DNA of 35,777 nucleotides from a virus: IMG/VR virus record IMGVR_UViG_3300029707_000012; one strand, 5' to 3'. Shown piece by piece: positions 28,226 to 35,777 of this stretch (position 1 is its first letter; each line of letters starts with the position of its first letter). The notes under the pieces were generated by a model. It saw only the letters and a program-made list of their open reading frames with translations, ran no database searches and was not told where the DNA came from. The position numbers and the translations under genes were made by a program.

Positions 28226-28277
28226 ACTACTCTGCGGCGATGCACCGCCGCGAAAGAATGAAAAGGAGTAAATCATC

Positions 28278-28877
28278 ATGGCACTCACACGAAAGGCCCT
28301 CAAGGCAATGGGGCTCACCGACGAGCAGGTCGATTCCATCGTCGAAATGCACGTCGAAACCACCGACGCGCTAAAGGAACAGCGCGACGCATTCAAGGCG
28401 GACGCGGAAAAGCTCCCTGCCGTACAGGCCGAGCTTGACGCGCTCAAAGCCAAAGGCGACGACGGCTACAAATCGAAATACGAAAAAGAGCACTCCGATT
28501 TCGAGGCGTACAAGGCCGACGTCACCGCAAAGGAAAGCAAGGCGGCAAAGGAAAAGGCCGTCCGCGCCTACTTTGAAAGTAAGAACATCACCGGCGGGAA
28601 CCTCGACCTCGCCATGCGCGGCTGCGGCGAGGAAATGGCCGCGCTCGAAATGGACGGGGACAAGATCAAAGACGCCGCGTCCCTCGACGCGCTTATCGCG
28701 GGCGCATTTAAGCCGCTTGTATCCACGACGCAGACGCAGGGCGCGAACACTGCCACCCCGCCGAACAACAACCCTGTCACCCGCTACACGGCGGACGAGA
28801 TCAAAAAAATGTCCGCCGCCGAAATTAACAAGAATTGGGACGCGGTAAAGGCGTCCCTTACCCGGAAAGGAGATTAA
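28278..28877 (+). CDS. Scaffolding protein (phage GP20-like), 199 aa
   Basis: An AAAAGGAG RBS is present. The protein is helical, Ala/Lys/Glu/Asp-rich, and lies immediately upstream of the major capsid gene. Confidence 0.75.
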   Translation: MALTRKALKAMGLTDEQVDSIVEMHVETTDALKEQRDAFKADAEKLPAVQAELDALKAKGDDGYKSKYEKEHSDFEAYKADVTAKESKAAKEKAVRAYFESKNITGGNLDLAMRGCGEEMAALEMDGDKIKDAASLDALIAGAFKPLVSTTQTQGANTATPPNNNPVTRYTADEIKKMSAAEINKNWDAVKASLTRKGD

Positions 28878-28883
28878 TTCACA

Positions 28884-29750
28884 ATGGCTGTAACCACTTT
28901 TATTCCCGAGCTTTGGAACGCCCGACTTCTCTATGCGCTCGAAAAGGCGCACGTCGCCACCAACCTCGTCAACCGCAACTATGAGGGCGAGATCAGCAAC
29001 CATGGCGACACCGTCCACATCAACACCATCGGCGCGATCACCGTGAAGAGCTACACCAAGAATACCGACATTGATGCTCCCGAAACCCTGACCACGACCG
29101 ATCAGACCCTTGTTATTGACCAGGCCAAGTACTTCAACTTCCAGGTCGACGACGTGGACAAGGTGCAGGCCGCGGGCGAGCTGGTCGATACCGCAATGGG
29201 CCGCGCCGCCTACGCCCTCGCCGACGTTTCCGACGCATACCTCCTCGGCGTGATCGCTGCCGGTGCCGCTGCCGGGAACACCATCGGCTCTGCCGCCGCC
29301 CCCGTTGCCCTCACCGCCGCCAACGTCTATGAAAACATCGTGAAGCTCAAGACGAAGCTCGACAAGGCGAACGTCCCCAACACGGGCCGCACCATCGTCG
29401 TTCCCCCGGACGTCCACTCCCTCCTCCTGCTCGATGACCGTTTCGCCAAGAGCACCGCGACCGCCGGACAGGAAGCCCTTATCAACGGCCTTGTTGGCCG
29501 CATCGCCGGTTTTGACGTCTATATGTCCAACAACGTCAAGACCGGCACCGGCACGGACACCGGCAAGACGCCCTATTTCGAGATCACCGCGCAGATCACC
29601 GACGCCACCACCTACGCCGAGCAGATCATCAAGACCGAGGCGTACCGCATGGAGAGCCGTTTTGCCGACGCGGTCAAGGGTCTGCACGTCTACGGCGCGA
29701 AGGTCACGGACGGCACGAAGATCGCCAAGATTCTCGCCTCCGTCTCCTGA
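28884..29750 (+). CDS. Major capsid protein (288 aa)
   Basis: The gene follows the scaffold gene. The N-terminal pattern is FIPELWNARLLYALEKAHVATNLVNRNYEGEISNHGDTVHINT. The strong GC3 bias suggests high expression. Confidence 0.82.
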   Translation: MAVTTFIPELWNARLLYALEKAHVATNLVNRNYEGEISNHGDTVHINTIGAITVKSYTKNTDIDAPETLTTTDQTLVIDQAKYFNFQVDDVDKVQAAGELVDTAMGRAAYALADVSDAYLLGVIAAGAAAGNTIGSAAAPVALTAANVYENIVKLKTKLDKANVPNTGRTIVVPPDVHSLLLLDDRFAKSTATAGQEALINGLVGRIAGFDVYMSNNVKTGTGTDTGKTPYFEITAQITDATTYAEQIIKTEAYRMESRFADAVKGLHVYGAKVTDGTKIAKILASVS

Positions 29751-29765
29751 TAGGAGGGCGGCAGC

Positions 29766-30194
29766 GTGAGTGAGAATCCCAAGTGCAGCGGGGCTATGAT
29801 CGATGCGATTTGCGCCTCGCTGCGCAACTATTTTGTCGTTGAAATTGTTGACGGCGAGTACACCGTAACTGACAGAGAAATCACGCTGCCGTTTCTCGCC
29901 GCCGGGCAGTTTTTTCGCGTCGTCGGCAGCGTCTTTTGCGACGGGGTGTATCGCTGCGGGGATAAGCTCCCCGCCGACGAAACATTTGACGGCGCGATCT
30001 GGGCTATGGCGATCCCGCCCACGCTGGAAGAGCTTGCCGCCGAGATCGAGGAATGGAAGCAGAAAAACGCCGAGGCCATCAACAGCCCCTACCAGAGCGA
30101 GAGCTTCGGTGGCTATTCCTATACGAAAGGAAGCGATTCCGCCTCATGGCAGGGCGTGTTTGCCAAACGGCTGAACCGTTGGAGGAAACTATGA
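29766..30194 (+). CDS. Head-tail connector/adaptor protein candidate (142 aa)
   Basis: The gene follows the capsid gene. The C-terminus is SPYQSESFGGYSYTK...LNRWRKL. The start is GTG. Confidence 0.5.
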   Translation: MSENPKCSGAMIDAICASLRNYFVVEIVDGEYTVTDREITLPFLAAGQFFRVVGSVFCDGVYRCGDKLPADETFDGAIWAMAIPPTLEELAAEIEEWKQKNAEAINSPYQSESFGGYSYTKGSDSASWQGVFAKRLNRWRKL

Positions 30195-30529
30195 GCTTAT
30201 ATGAAACGTTCTATTCCCCCGCCGTTGTGATGAACAAAACGAAAGTGCCGGACGGGGTCGGAGGATACGTCAACGCATGGAAAGATGGCGCGGAGATCAG
30301 GATCGCGTTTTCCGGCCTGACGCCAACAGAGCGCATTGCCGCGCAGCAGGCCGACGTGACCTATACCGACACCATCGTCACGCCGCTCAACACCAACCTC
30401 GACGAGCAGGACATCATCAAGTCGGGCGGAAGCTACTACCTCATCGTTTCCAAGCTTCCCAAAACGCCGACGGTATCGACGTTCCAGTTCGAGCGGTACA
30501 ACGTCCGCAGATTGGCGGCGCTGCCATGA
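30191..30529 (+). CDS. Head closure / head-tail adaptor protein candidate (112 aa)
   Basis: The start forms an ATGA overlap and has a GGAGGAAA RBS. The pattern is DGVGGYVNAWKDGAEIRIAF. Confidence 0.55.
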   Translation: MSLYETFYSPAVVMNKTKVPDGVGGYVNAWKDGAEIRIAFSGLTPTERIAAQQADVTYTDTIVTPLNTNLDEQDIIKSGGSYYLIVSKLPKTPTVSTFQFERYNVRRLAALP

Positions 30530-30894
30530 CCAAGGCCGAAGCCCTCCATTCGTTCATGTCGTCGTTTGGCCTAACAGCCTACCCTAACGAGGCCGAGACC
30601 GGCGCGGCGTTCCCGTACCTTGTCTATGAACAGGTGCTCGGCGCGTTCGACGACGGCTCCATGCCTCTGGTTGTTAACCTATGGTATTACGGCGATTCCT
30701 ACCGCCCCATCGTTGAGAAAACGCAGGAGATCTCCAACGCCATCGGTTTGGGCGGCGTGTACGTCCCCTGCGACGGCGGCGCACTGCTCATAGCGCGCGG
30801 AACGCCCTTTTCCCAGCCGCAGACCGACGCGGCAGACAACAAGATCAAAGGCCGTTACATCAACATGACGGTCGATTTTTTAACCCAAAATTGA
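30526..30894 (+). CDS. Tail completion / neck protein candidate (122 aa)
   Basis: The start forms an ATGA overlap. The gene lies between the connector genes and the major tail protein. Confidence 0.5.
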   Translation: MTKAEALHSFMSSFGLTAYPNEAETGAAFPYLVYEQVLGAFDDGSMPLVVNLWYYGDSYRPIVEKTQEISNAIGLGGVYVPCDGGALLIARGTPFSQPQTDAADNKIKGRYINMTVDFLTQN

Positions 30895-30903
30895 GGTGAG
30901 AAA

Positions 30904-31491
30904 ATGAAATTCAGAAAAATCCCCGAAGACACTTTCAAAAATATCGTTCTCAACGCGGGCGTTCTCCTTAAAACTTTTACCCCGGCAACGCCTGCCATTG
31001 AGGACACGAACATCCTCGGCGCGACCACCGGCGGCATCAACTTTACCGCTACGCCCTCCTTCACCGACTTCGGCGAGGACATCGACAACTGCCCGAAAAA
31101 CATGAAGGAGCTCAAAAAGCTCGATTCGTGGGAAGTTAAGCTCACGGGTACCTTCATCACCACGAACACGACCCTCATCGCCCTGCTCATGGGTGCGGGC
31201 GATGTCGGAACGACCGACACGACCAAGATCACCCCGCGCGTGGATGTCGCGTCCGCGGACTTCAAAGACCTCTGGTTCGTCTGCGACTATTCCGACAAGA
31301 ACGGCGAGAACAACGGCGGTTATTGCGCCATCAAGATCATCAACGCCCTGTCCACCGGCGGCTTCTCCATGCAGAGCACCGACAAGGGCAAGGCGCAGTT
31401 TTCGTTCGAGTTCACCGGCCATGTCAGCATGAGCGCGCAGACGGTCGTGCCGTTCGAGGTATATCTCAAGGAAGGGACGGAAGAGGCGTGA
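30904..31491 (+). CDS. Major tail protein (195 aa)
   Basis: A GAGGTGAGAAA RBS is present. The gene lies directly upstream of the chaperone pair and the tape measure, and the protein is Thr/Gly-rich and beta-type. Confidence 0.8.
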   Translation: MKFRKIPEDTFKNIVLNAGVLLKTFTPATPAIEDTNILGATTGGINFTATPSFTDFGEDIDNCPKNMKELKKLDSWEVKLTGTFITTNTTLIALLMGAGDVGTTDTTKITPRVDVASADFKDLWFVCDYSDKNGENNGGYCAIKIINALSTGGFSMQSTDKGKAQFSFEFTGHVSMSAQTVVPFEVYLKEGTEEA

Positions 31492-31496
31492 AAAAG

Positions 31497-31886
31497 ATGA
31501 CGCTCCCGTCTGAAATCAAAGGCAAGGGCGCGTTGAGCGCCTTTGCCGCCCTCATCGATCCGCTGTGCAATCTCGTTGAGGACGAGGACACGCGGGAGAT
31601 GTACCGGCAGGAGAAAAAGCCGGAGGAACGCTCCTCGCGCTCTTACATCGTCTCCCTCGTTTACAAGATCCTCTCCCGCCACGAGGACGACTTCTGCCGC
31701 ATCATGGCCGTGTGCTACGGCACAACGCCTGAAAAGTACGCCGCCGAGCTCACCTACGTCAAGGCCCTGCAGGACTGGGCAGAGCTCACCGGCGATGAAG
31801 TATGGAAGTCTTTTTTTACGGCGGCGCAGGTTGGCGCGGATCGTGCTGGCTCTGCGCCGGAGAATACGCCGGAGACCAACGAGTAA
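31497..31886 (+). CDS. Tail assembly chaperone (gpG analogue), 129 aa
   Basis: The gene lies between the major tail and tape measure genes. It is acidic and contains the slippery T7 run. Confidence 0.75.
   Translation: MTLPSEIKGKGALSAFAALIDPLCNLVEDEDTREMYRQEKKPEERSSRSYIVSLVYKILSRHEDDFCRIMAVCYGTTPEKYAAELTYVKALQDWAELTGDEVWKSFFTAAQVGADRAGSAPENTPETNE
31811..31817 (+). other. Slippery heptamer T_TTT_TTT for a -1 programmed frameshift
   Basis: The zero-frame codons are tct ttt ttt acg. The -1 frame is open from before this site through 32098. Confidence 0.6.
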
Positions 31887-32098
31887 GCAGCATTGTCCGG
31901 TATGTCGCCGTAAGGGAGCACCGACGCGCGGAAGAGGAGGCGTACAGAATCTACGTCACCGACGCGCTCTATGCCCTCGTCCGCCGCGACCAGATGCTCA
32001 ACCGGCGCTTCATTGACGTCCTCCGTCCGCGAAAAATCGAGGAGCCGGAGGAGATCATCGCGCGCTTCCGCGCCGCATTTGGAGGCGATGAAGAATGA
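31817..32098 (+). CDS. -1 frame extension of the tail assembly chaperone (gpGT analogue; fusion of about 200 aa)
   Basis: The -1 frame ORF ends in an ATGA overlap with the tape measure start. It encodes ...VRYVAVREHRRAEEEAYRIYVTDALYALVRRDQMLNRRFIDVLRP... Confidence 0.6.
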   Translation, partial: YGGAGWRGSCWLCAGEYAGDQRVSSIVRYVAVREHRRAEEEAYRIYVTDALYALVRRDQMLNRRFIDVLRPRKIEEPEEIIARFRAAFGGDEE

Positions 32099-34356
32099 AT
32101 GTATTTGACCTTTTTGCCAAACTCACCCTTGACACATCGGATTTTGACAAGCAAGTCACCGGCGCATCGAAATCGTTTGACAAGCTCGGCGGCGCTGCCG
32201 AGGACATCCCCGGCGACACCCAAAAGGCGGAAAAGGCCGTTGATAAGTTCACGAGATCCGTTGAGGAGACAACCACCGAAACAAACCAGGCCGAGACCGC
32301 GTTAAACGACGCAGAACGCTCCCTGCGCGATGTTGGGAAAGAGGCCGACAAAGCGGCCCCGCCAATCGAAGAGGCCGCAGACGGCCTGAAAAATGTAGGA
32401 GAAACGAGCGGCGGAGCGGACGGCGCTCTGTCCGGCCTCGGCAAAACCATCACAGGCGCCGTAACAAAAGGCCATCTCCTCGCCGCTGCCATTGAGGTTG
32501 CAGTTTCCACAATCAAAAGTTTTGCGGAAGCCGTTTGGAACATGGACGAATCCACGGAGGAGTTCCGCGTCTCCATGGGCAAGCTCGACACTGCGTTCGA
32601 GACCATGGGTTACTCCACCACCAGCGCGCGAAAAACGTTCCGCGAGTTCTACAAGCTCCTCGGGGATACCGATACGGCGGTCGAGGCCTCGCAGCTCCTC
32701 GCCCGACTGACCACCAGCACGAAGGAGCAGGCGCGATGGACGAATATTGCCGCCGGTGTTTACGGAACCTTTGGCGATTCCCTCCCCATCGAGGGCCTCA
32801 TTGAGGCGTCAAACGAAACCGCCAAGGTCGGTCAGGTCACTGGTGTTTTGGCCGACGCGCTCAACTGGGTCGGCATTTCCGAGGACGATTTCAACATCCG
32901 CCTCTCCTCCTGCGCCGATACGGCGGAGCGAACAGCACTCATTACCGACACCCTCTCCGCCGCGTATGACGATGCCGCCGCTGCAATGCATCGCAACAAT
33001 TCCGCCGTTATGAACGCCCGCGACGCGCAGCTTGAGCTCGAAGAGGCGCAGGCTGGTGTCGGCGAACAGATTTCGCGTTTGAAAACCGCGTTCAGCGGCA
33101 TTTTGACCCCGTCCATCGCAAAAGTGCTCGGCTGGGTAGAAAAGCTCACAAGCGGCTTTGCCGACGTTGCCGAGAGCTGGGCCGAAGCAGCGGACGAGTT
33201 TAGAAACCCCCTCCCGACGGAAAGCGTTGAGGATGCAAGGGCGCAGCTTGAGGCGTGGAACGACGAGCTTGCCCGCCTGAAAACAGAGCTTGCGGGTGTG
33301 AGCGAGGCGACGGACGCGGACACGTTCTGGCGCCTGACGTATCAGGTCGATGACCTGACCGGGAAAATCAGCCGCGGCACGGAACAGCTTGCCGATATGG
33401 AAGCGGCGGAAGCGTCCGCCGCAGAAACCGCGAACGCAACCGCCGACGCCGTCGATAAGATGACGATCAGCGCTAACGGATTTTCCATCGAGCTCGCCAA
33501 CAGCAACCTCACCATGGAGGAGGCCACCGAGCGCCTACAGACCTATACAGACGCAGCGACGAACATGTTCTCGCGCATCAACACGGAGAGCGAGCTTTCG
33601 TACAAAGACGCCCTCGACAACATGCGCCACAACATTGACGCAACGAACGACTTTTCCGCGAACATGGCATCCATCGCCGGAGAGCTTCCCGCCGAGCTGG
33701 CGGAGATGTTCAACGCGGGCGGGCCGGAGATGTACGCCGGTGTCGTCGCCATGCTCGCCGAGGCCAACGCCGGAAGCGAGGACGGCCTCGCCGAGCTGCG
33801 CGCCCTGTACGAAGAGGGCGGCGCTGCGGCAATCGAGGCGTTTGCGCAGTCCGTCGGCGCGGGGAAAATTGATGCCGACCCGGCAGCGCAGCTCGCCGAG
33901 GGAATGGACAAGGACGTCACCTGCGAACAGGCCGGGCAAGACCTTGTCGATCGCACCGTGAGCGCTATTTCTGCGCGCGTTGCTGACAGCGGTACTTTCT
34001 ATTCCGCCGGGCAGCGGGCCGTCGACCGCTTTATCGCCGGTCTGCGCGACAAGAAAGGGGAAGCCTACACCGCCGGTACGGAAGTTGCCAATTCTGCCAG
34101 AAACGGAATGAACACCGGCGGCGGAGGGCATTCTTCCGCCGGTGGCCTGGATTATGTCCCGTATGACGGATATCCGGCGGTTTTACACCGCGGCGAATCT
34201 GTTCTGACAAAAGCCGAGGCGGAAGACTGGCGGCGCGGTACGCCCAACGCCGCGGGCATCACTATCGTGCAGAACATCCAGAGCGTCCCGCAGACGCCTG
34301 TGGAGCTTGCCGCGGCCACGGCTGCGTATTTTGAGACGGCGAGGTGGGCAATGTGA
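32095..34356 (+). CDS. Tail tape measure protein (753 aa)
   Basis: This is the longest ORF. It is Ala/Glu-rich and helical, with a Gly-rich segment near the C-terminus, and sits in the canonical position. Confidence 0.9.
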   Translation: MNVFDLFAKLTLDTSDFDKQVTGASKSFDKLGGAAEDIPGDTQKAEKAVDKFTRSVEETTTETNQAETALNDAERSLRDVGKEADKAAPPIEEAADGLKNVGETSGGADGALSGLGKTITGAVTKGHLLAAAIEVAVSTIKSFAEAVWNMDESTEEFRVSMGKLDTAFETMGYSTTSARKTFREFYKLLGDTDTAVEASQLLARLTTSTKEQARWTNIAAGVYGTFGDSLPIEGLIEASNETAKVGQVTGVLADALNWVGISEDDFNIRLSSCADTAERTALITDTLSAAYDDAAAAMHRNNSAVMNARDAQLELEEAQAGVGEQISRLKTAFSGILTPSIAKVLGWVEKLTSGFADVAESWAEAADEFRNPLPTESVEDARAQLEAWNDELARLKTELAGVSEATDADTFWRLTYQVDDLTGKISRGTEQLADMEAAEASAAETANATADAVDKMTISANGFSIELANSNLTMEEATERLQTYTDAATNMFSRINTESELSYKDALDNMRHNIDATNDFSANMASIAGELPAELAEMFNAGGPEMYAGVVAMLAEANAGSEDGLAELRALYEEGGAAAIEAFAQSVGAGKIDADPAAQLAEGMDKDVTCEQAGQDLVDRTVSAISARVADSGTFYSAGQRAVDRFIAGLRDKKGEAYTAGTEVANSARNGMNTGGGGHSSAGGLDYVPYDGYPAVLHRGESVLTKAEAEDWRRGTPNAAGITIVQNIQSVPQTPVELAAATAAYFETARWAM

Positions 34357-35201
34357 GCAATCTTTCCAAAACCTTTCGCTATGTCAATTCAGACGGCGGC
34401 GAGATCGTCTTTGAGTATGCAAGCGGGTTTCTCATCAACAAGCCCGCGGGCATCGACACCGTCGTCTGCAAGCTCAACGAGGCGCAGGGCATCGACCAGA
34501 CCGGCACGACCGTCCAGAGCGTCAACGTTCAGTCGCGCCCCGTGACGATCAGCGGAATCCTCGTCGGAGAATTTCAGGCGGAGAATAAGGACGCGCTCCT
34601 CTCCGTCGTGCGCCCTGACCTCTACGGTCGGCTCTACGCCGATGACTACTACCTCGAAGTACGCCCGACGGCCACCCCGACCATCGAGGCGCGCCCGGTG
34701 TTCGCCGCGTTTCAATTTTCCCTGACCGCGCCATATCCATATTGGCAGCAGGACGCATCCGCCGCCGCCACGCTCTCCGGCGTGGAATACGGCTTCAAAT
34801 TCCCGTGGAATCAGTCCCGACCGTACCGCTTCGGAACGGTAGTCCGGACACAGTTCATTAACGTCAAAAACGGCGGGCAAGTCCCCGTCCCGTATACACT
34901 GACGTTTACCGCACTCAACGAGGTTGTCAATCCGCAGATCCTCGACGCGGCAACCGGGAAATTCATCCGCGTCAACAAAACGCTCGCCGCCGGGGAACGT
35001 GTCGTGATCGAGATCACGCACGACCGGACGTATGTTACCTCCAGCGTGGACGGCGAGTGCCGCGGCGCGCTTGAGTTAACGTCCAGTCTCTACCGGCTTT
35101 CCGTCGGGGACAATGTTTTAAAGCCGACCGCTGACAGCGGCCTTGACAGCCTGCAGGTCGCCGTTGACTTTGCGCAGGAGATCGTGGGGATAAGCGTATG
35201 A
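34344..35201 (+). CDS. Distal tail protein (Dit), 285 aa (a GTG at 34353 is a likely alternative start)
   Basis: The gene directly follows the tape measure gene. GAGGTGG lies just upstream, and the stop overlaps the next start (ATGA). Confidence 0.75.
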   Translation: MGNVSNLSKTFRYVNSDGGEIVFEYASGFLINKPAGIDTVVCKLNEAQGIDQTGTTVQSVNVQSRPVTISGILVGEFQAENKDALLSVVRPDLYGRLYADDYYLEVRPTATPTIEARPVFAAFQFSLTAPYPYWQQDASAAATLSGVEYGFKFPWNQSRPYRFGTVVRTQFINVKNGGQVPVPYTLTFTALNEVVNPQILDAATGKFIRVNKTLAAGERVVIEITHDRTYVTSSVDGECRGALELTSSLYRLSVGDNVLKPTADSGLDSLQVAVDFAQEIVGISV

Positions 35202-35777
35202 GTTTTGAAATCTATCCCCCCGATTTCTCCACTCGGTTCCAATTAACGCACGCCATCTCCATCCAGATCACCGAGCACTACAACGCTATTGGGAAAATAC
35301 AGGTCGTCGCCCCCGTGGACGATTACAACATCTCCGCCCTCCTTGAGGGGTCGGTATTGTACAACACCACCAGAGGCACGACCTACGTTCTCGTCAACGT
35401 CAAGCATGACACGGTGCAGAACCGCATCACCGCCAACGGCTACACGTCAAACTGGCTCTTGAACAAGCGCGTCGTCGCGGCAAAGACGGCCATCACGACC
35501 GTCGAGACGGGCGTCTACGGCCTCATCAACGACAACCTCCGCGGCCTGACGCGCATCCATACGGCGACGCCCGCGGGCCTCACCGAGCAGTTCCAGCCGG
35601 GGGACGACGAGGACAACACCGTTTACGGCGGGCAGCTCCTCGATAAGATCATGGACGTTCTCGACACCGCCGAGCTCGGCCACCGGATGGACTGGGACGG
35701 AAATACCCTGACGCACACCTTCCGCGTCATCAAAGGCACCGACCGCACGGCCGGCATTCACCGCGTCGCATTTGTTG
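35198..35777 (+). CDS. Tail-tip/baseplate protein (Siphovirus Gp37-like), N-terminal part; continues at base 100 after the circular junction
   Basis: The ATG at 35198 overlaps the Dit stop. The frame stays open to the window end and is in phase with 9-569 (35687 corresponds to 9). Confidence 0.7.
   Translation, partial: MSFEIYPPDFSTRFQLTHAISIQITEHYNAIGKIQVVAPVDDYNISALLEGSVLYNTTRGTTYVLVNVKHDTVQNRITANGYTSNWLLNKRVVAAKTAITTVETGVYGLINDNLRGLTRIHTATPAGLTEQFQPGDDEDNTVYGGQLLDKIMDVLDTAELGHRMDWDGNTLTHTFRVIKGTDRTAGIHRVAFV
35679..35777. repeat. Terminal overlap, copy 2 (identical to 1-99)
   Basis: Same as above. It most likely marks closure of a circular or circularly permuted assembly rather than a biological DTR. 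Confidence 0.97.

Larger units (their letters stand above)
1..35678. mobile_element. Complete temperate siphovirus-like phage genome (prophage/episome form), circular unit 35,678 bp
   Basis: The full phage gene complement is present in canonical order: lysogeny, early/recombination, late regulator, terminase, portal, head, tail and lysis. The window ends overlap by 99 identical bases, and one ORF reads through the junction in frame. Confidence 0.9.

Noticed and set aside
28371-29687. A 438-aa ORF on the minus strand
   Set aside because: It lies entirely antisense to the scaffold and major capsid genes. It is Gly/Val/Arg/Asp-rich, as expected for the reverse frame of GC3-rich coding DNA, and it has no RBS. 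It is an artefact of high GC.
1-35777. A search for tRNA, rRNA, reverse transcriptase/DGR and cas genes
   Set aside because: I found no cloverleaf-like GC-rich ~75-nt segments in the few intergenic gaps, no YxDD reverse-transcriptase motif in any ORF, no template/variable repeat pair near the fibre genes and no repeat-spacer array. Nothing is reported.

Overview
The window is one complete, circularly closed genome of a temperate siphovirus-type phage of a Gram-positive, relatively high-GC host. A Clostridia/Oscillospiraceae-like host is an inference from the RBS style, the GH25+CW_7 endolysin, the LL-H holin and the lipobox. Bases 1-99 are identical to 35679-35777, so the unit length is 35,678 bp, and one tail gene (35198->569) crosses the junction. 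Almost all genes are on the + strand, tightly packed, and very often joined by ATGA/GTGA stop-start overlaps.

Gene order:
- Tail tip, fibre and fibre-associated repeat protein (1-2148).
- Lysis cassette: GH25 endolysin, a TM protein and an LL-H holin (2145-3626).
- A terminator-punctuated accessory (moron) cassette of small unknown genes (3664-7078).
- Candidate attP, then a minus-strand lysogeny block: large serine integrase, membrane-anchored XRE protein, lipoprotein and CI-like repressor (7124-10804).
- A divergent-promoter/operator switch (10805-10974).
- An early operon of micro-ORFs, followed by YqaJ exonuclease, RecT, SSB, a RuvC-like resolvase, two methyltransferase-type proteins and a Lar-like protein (10975-20348).
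- The late regulator region (20360-21680).
- ParB-N6/N4 methyltransferase, TerS, TerL, portal and MuF (21677-27427).
- Scaffold, capsid, connectors, major tail protein, frameshifted chaperone, tape measure and Dit (27724-35201).

Most interesting observations:
1. The MuF head protein carries a compositionally foreign C-terminal domain with a clan-CD-like His/Cys dyad. It is followed by an AT-rich mini-gene, giving a polymorphic toxin/immunity-like layout.
2. The 4113-7078 cassette encodes Gly/Trp-rich, Cys-rich, C1q/BclA-like and Arg/Tyr-rich proteins that do not resemble known phage functions.
3. A G8 tract splits a conserved late-region gene into two frames, and that gene is bracketed by 23-bp direct repeats.
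4. A 50-bp dyad next to the integrase looks like attP.
5. An extended -10 promoter plus a hairpin/U-tract leader sits ahead of the late operon.

All family assignments come from motif recognition by eye. No searches were run.
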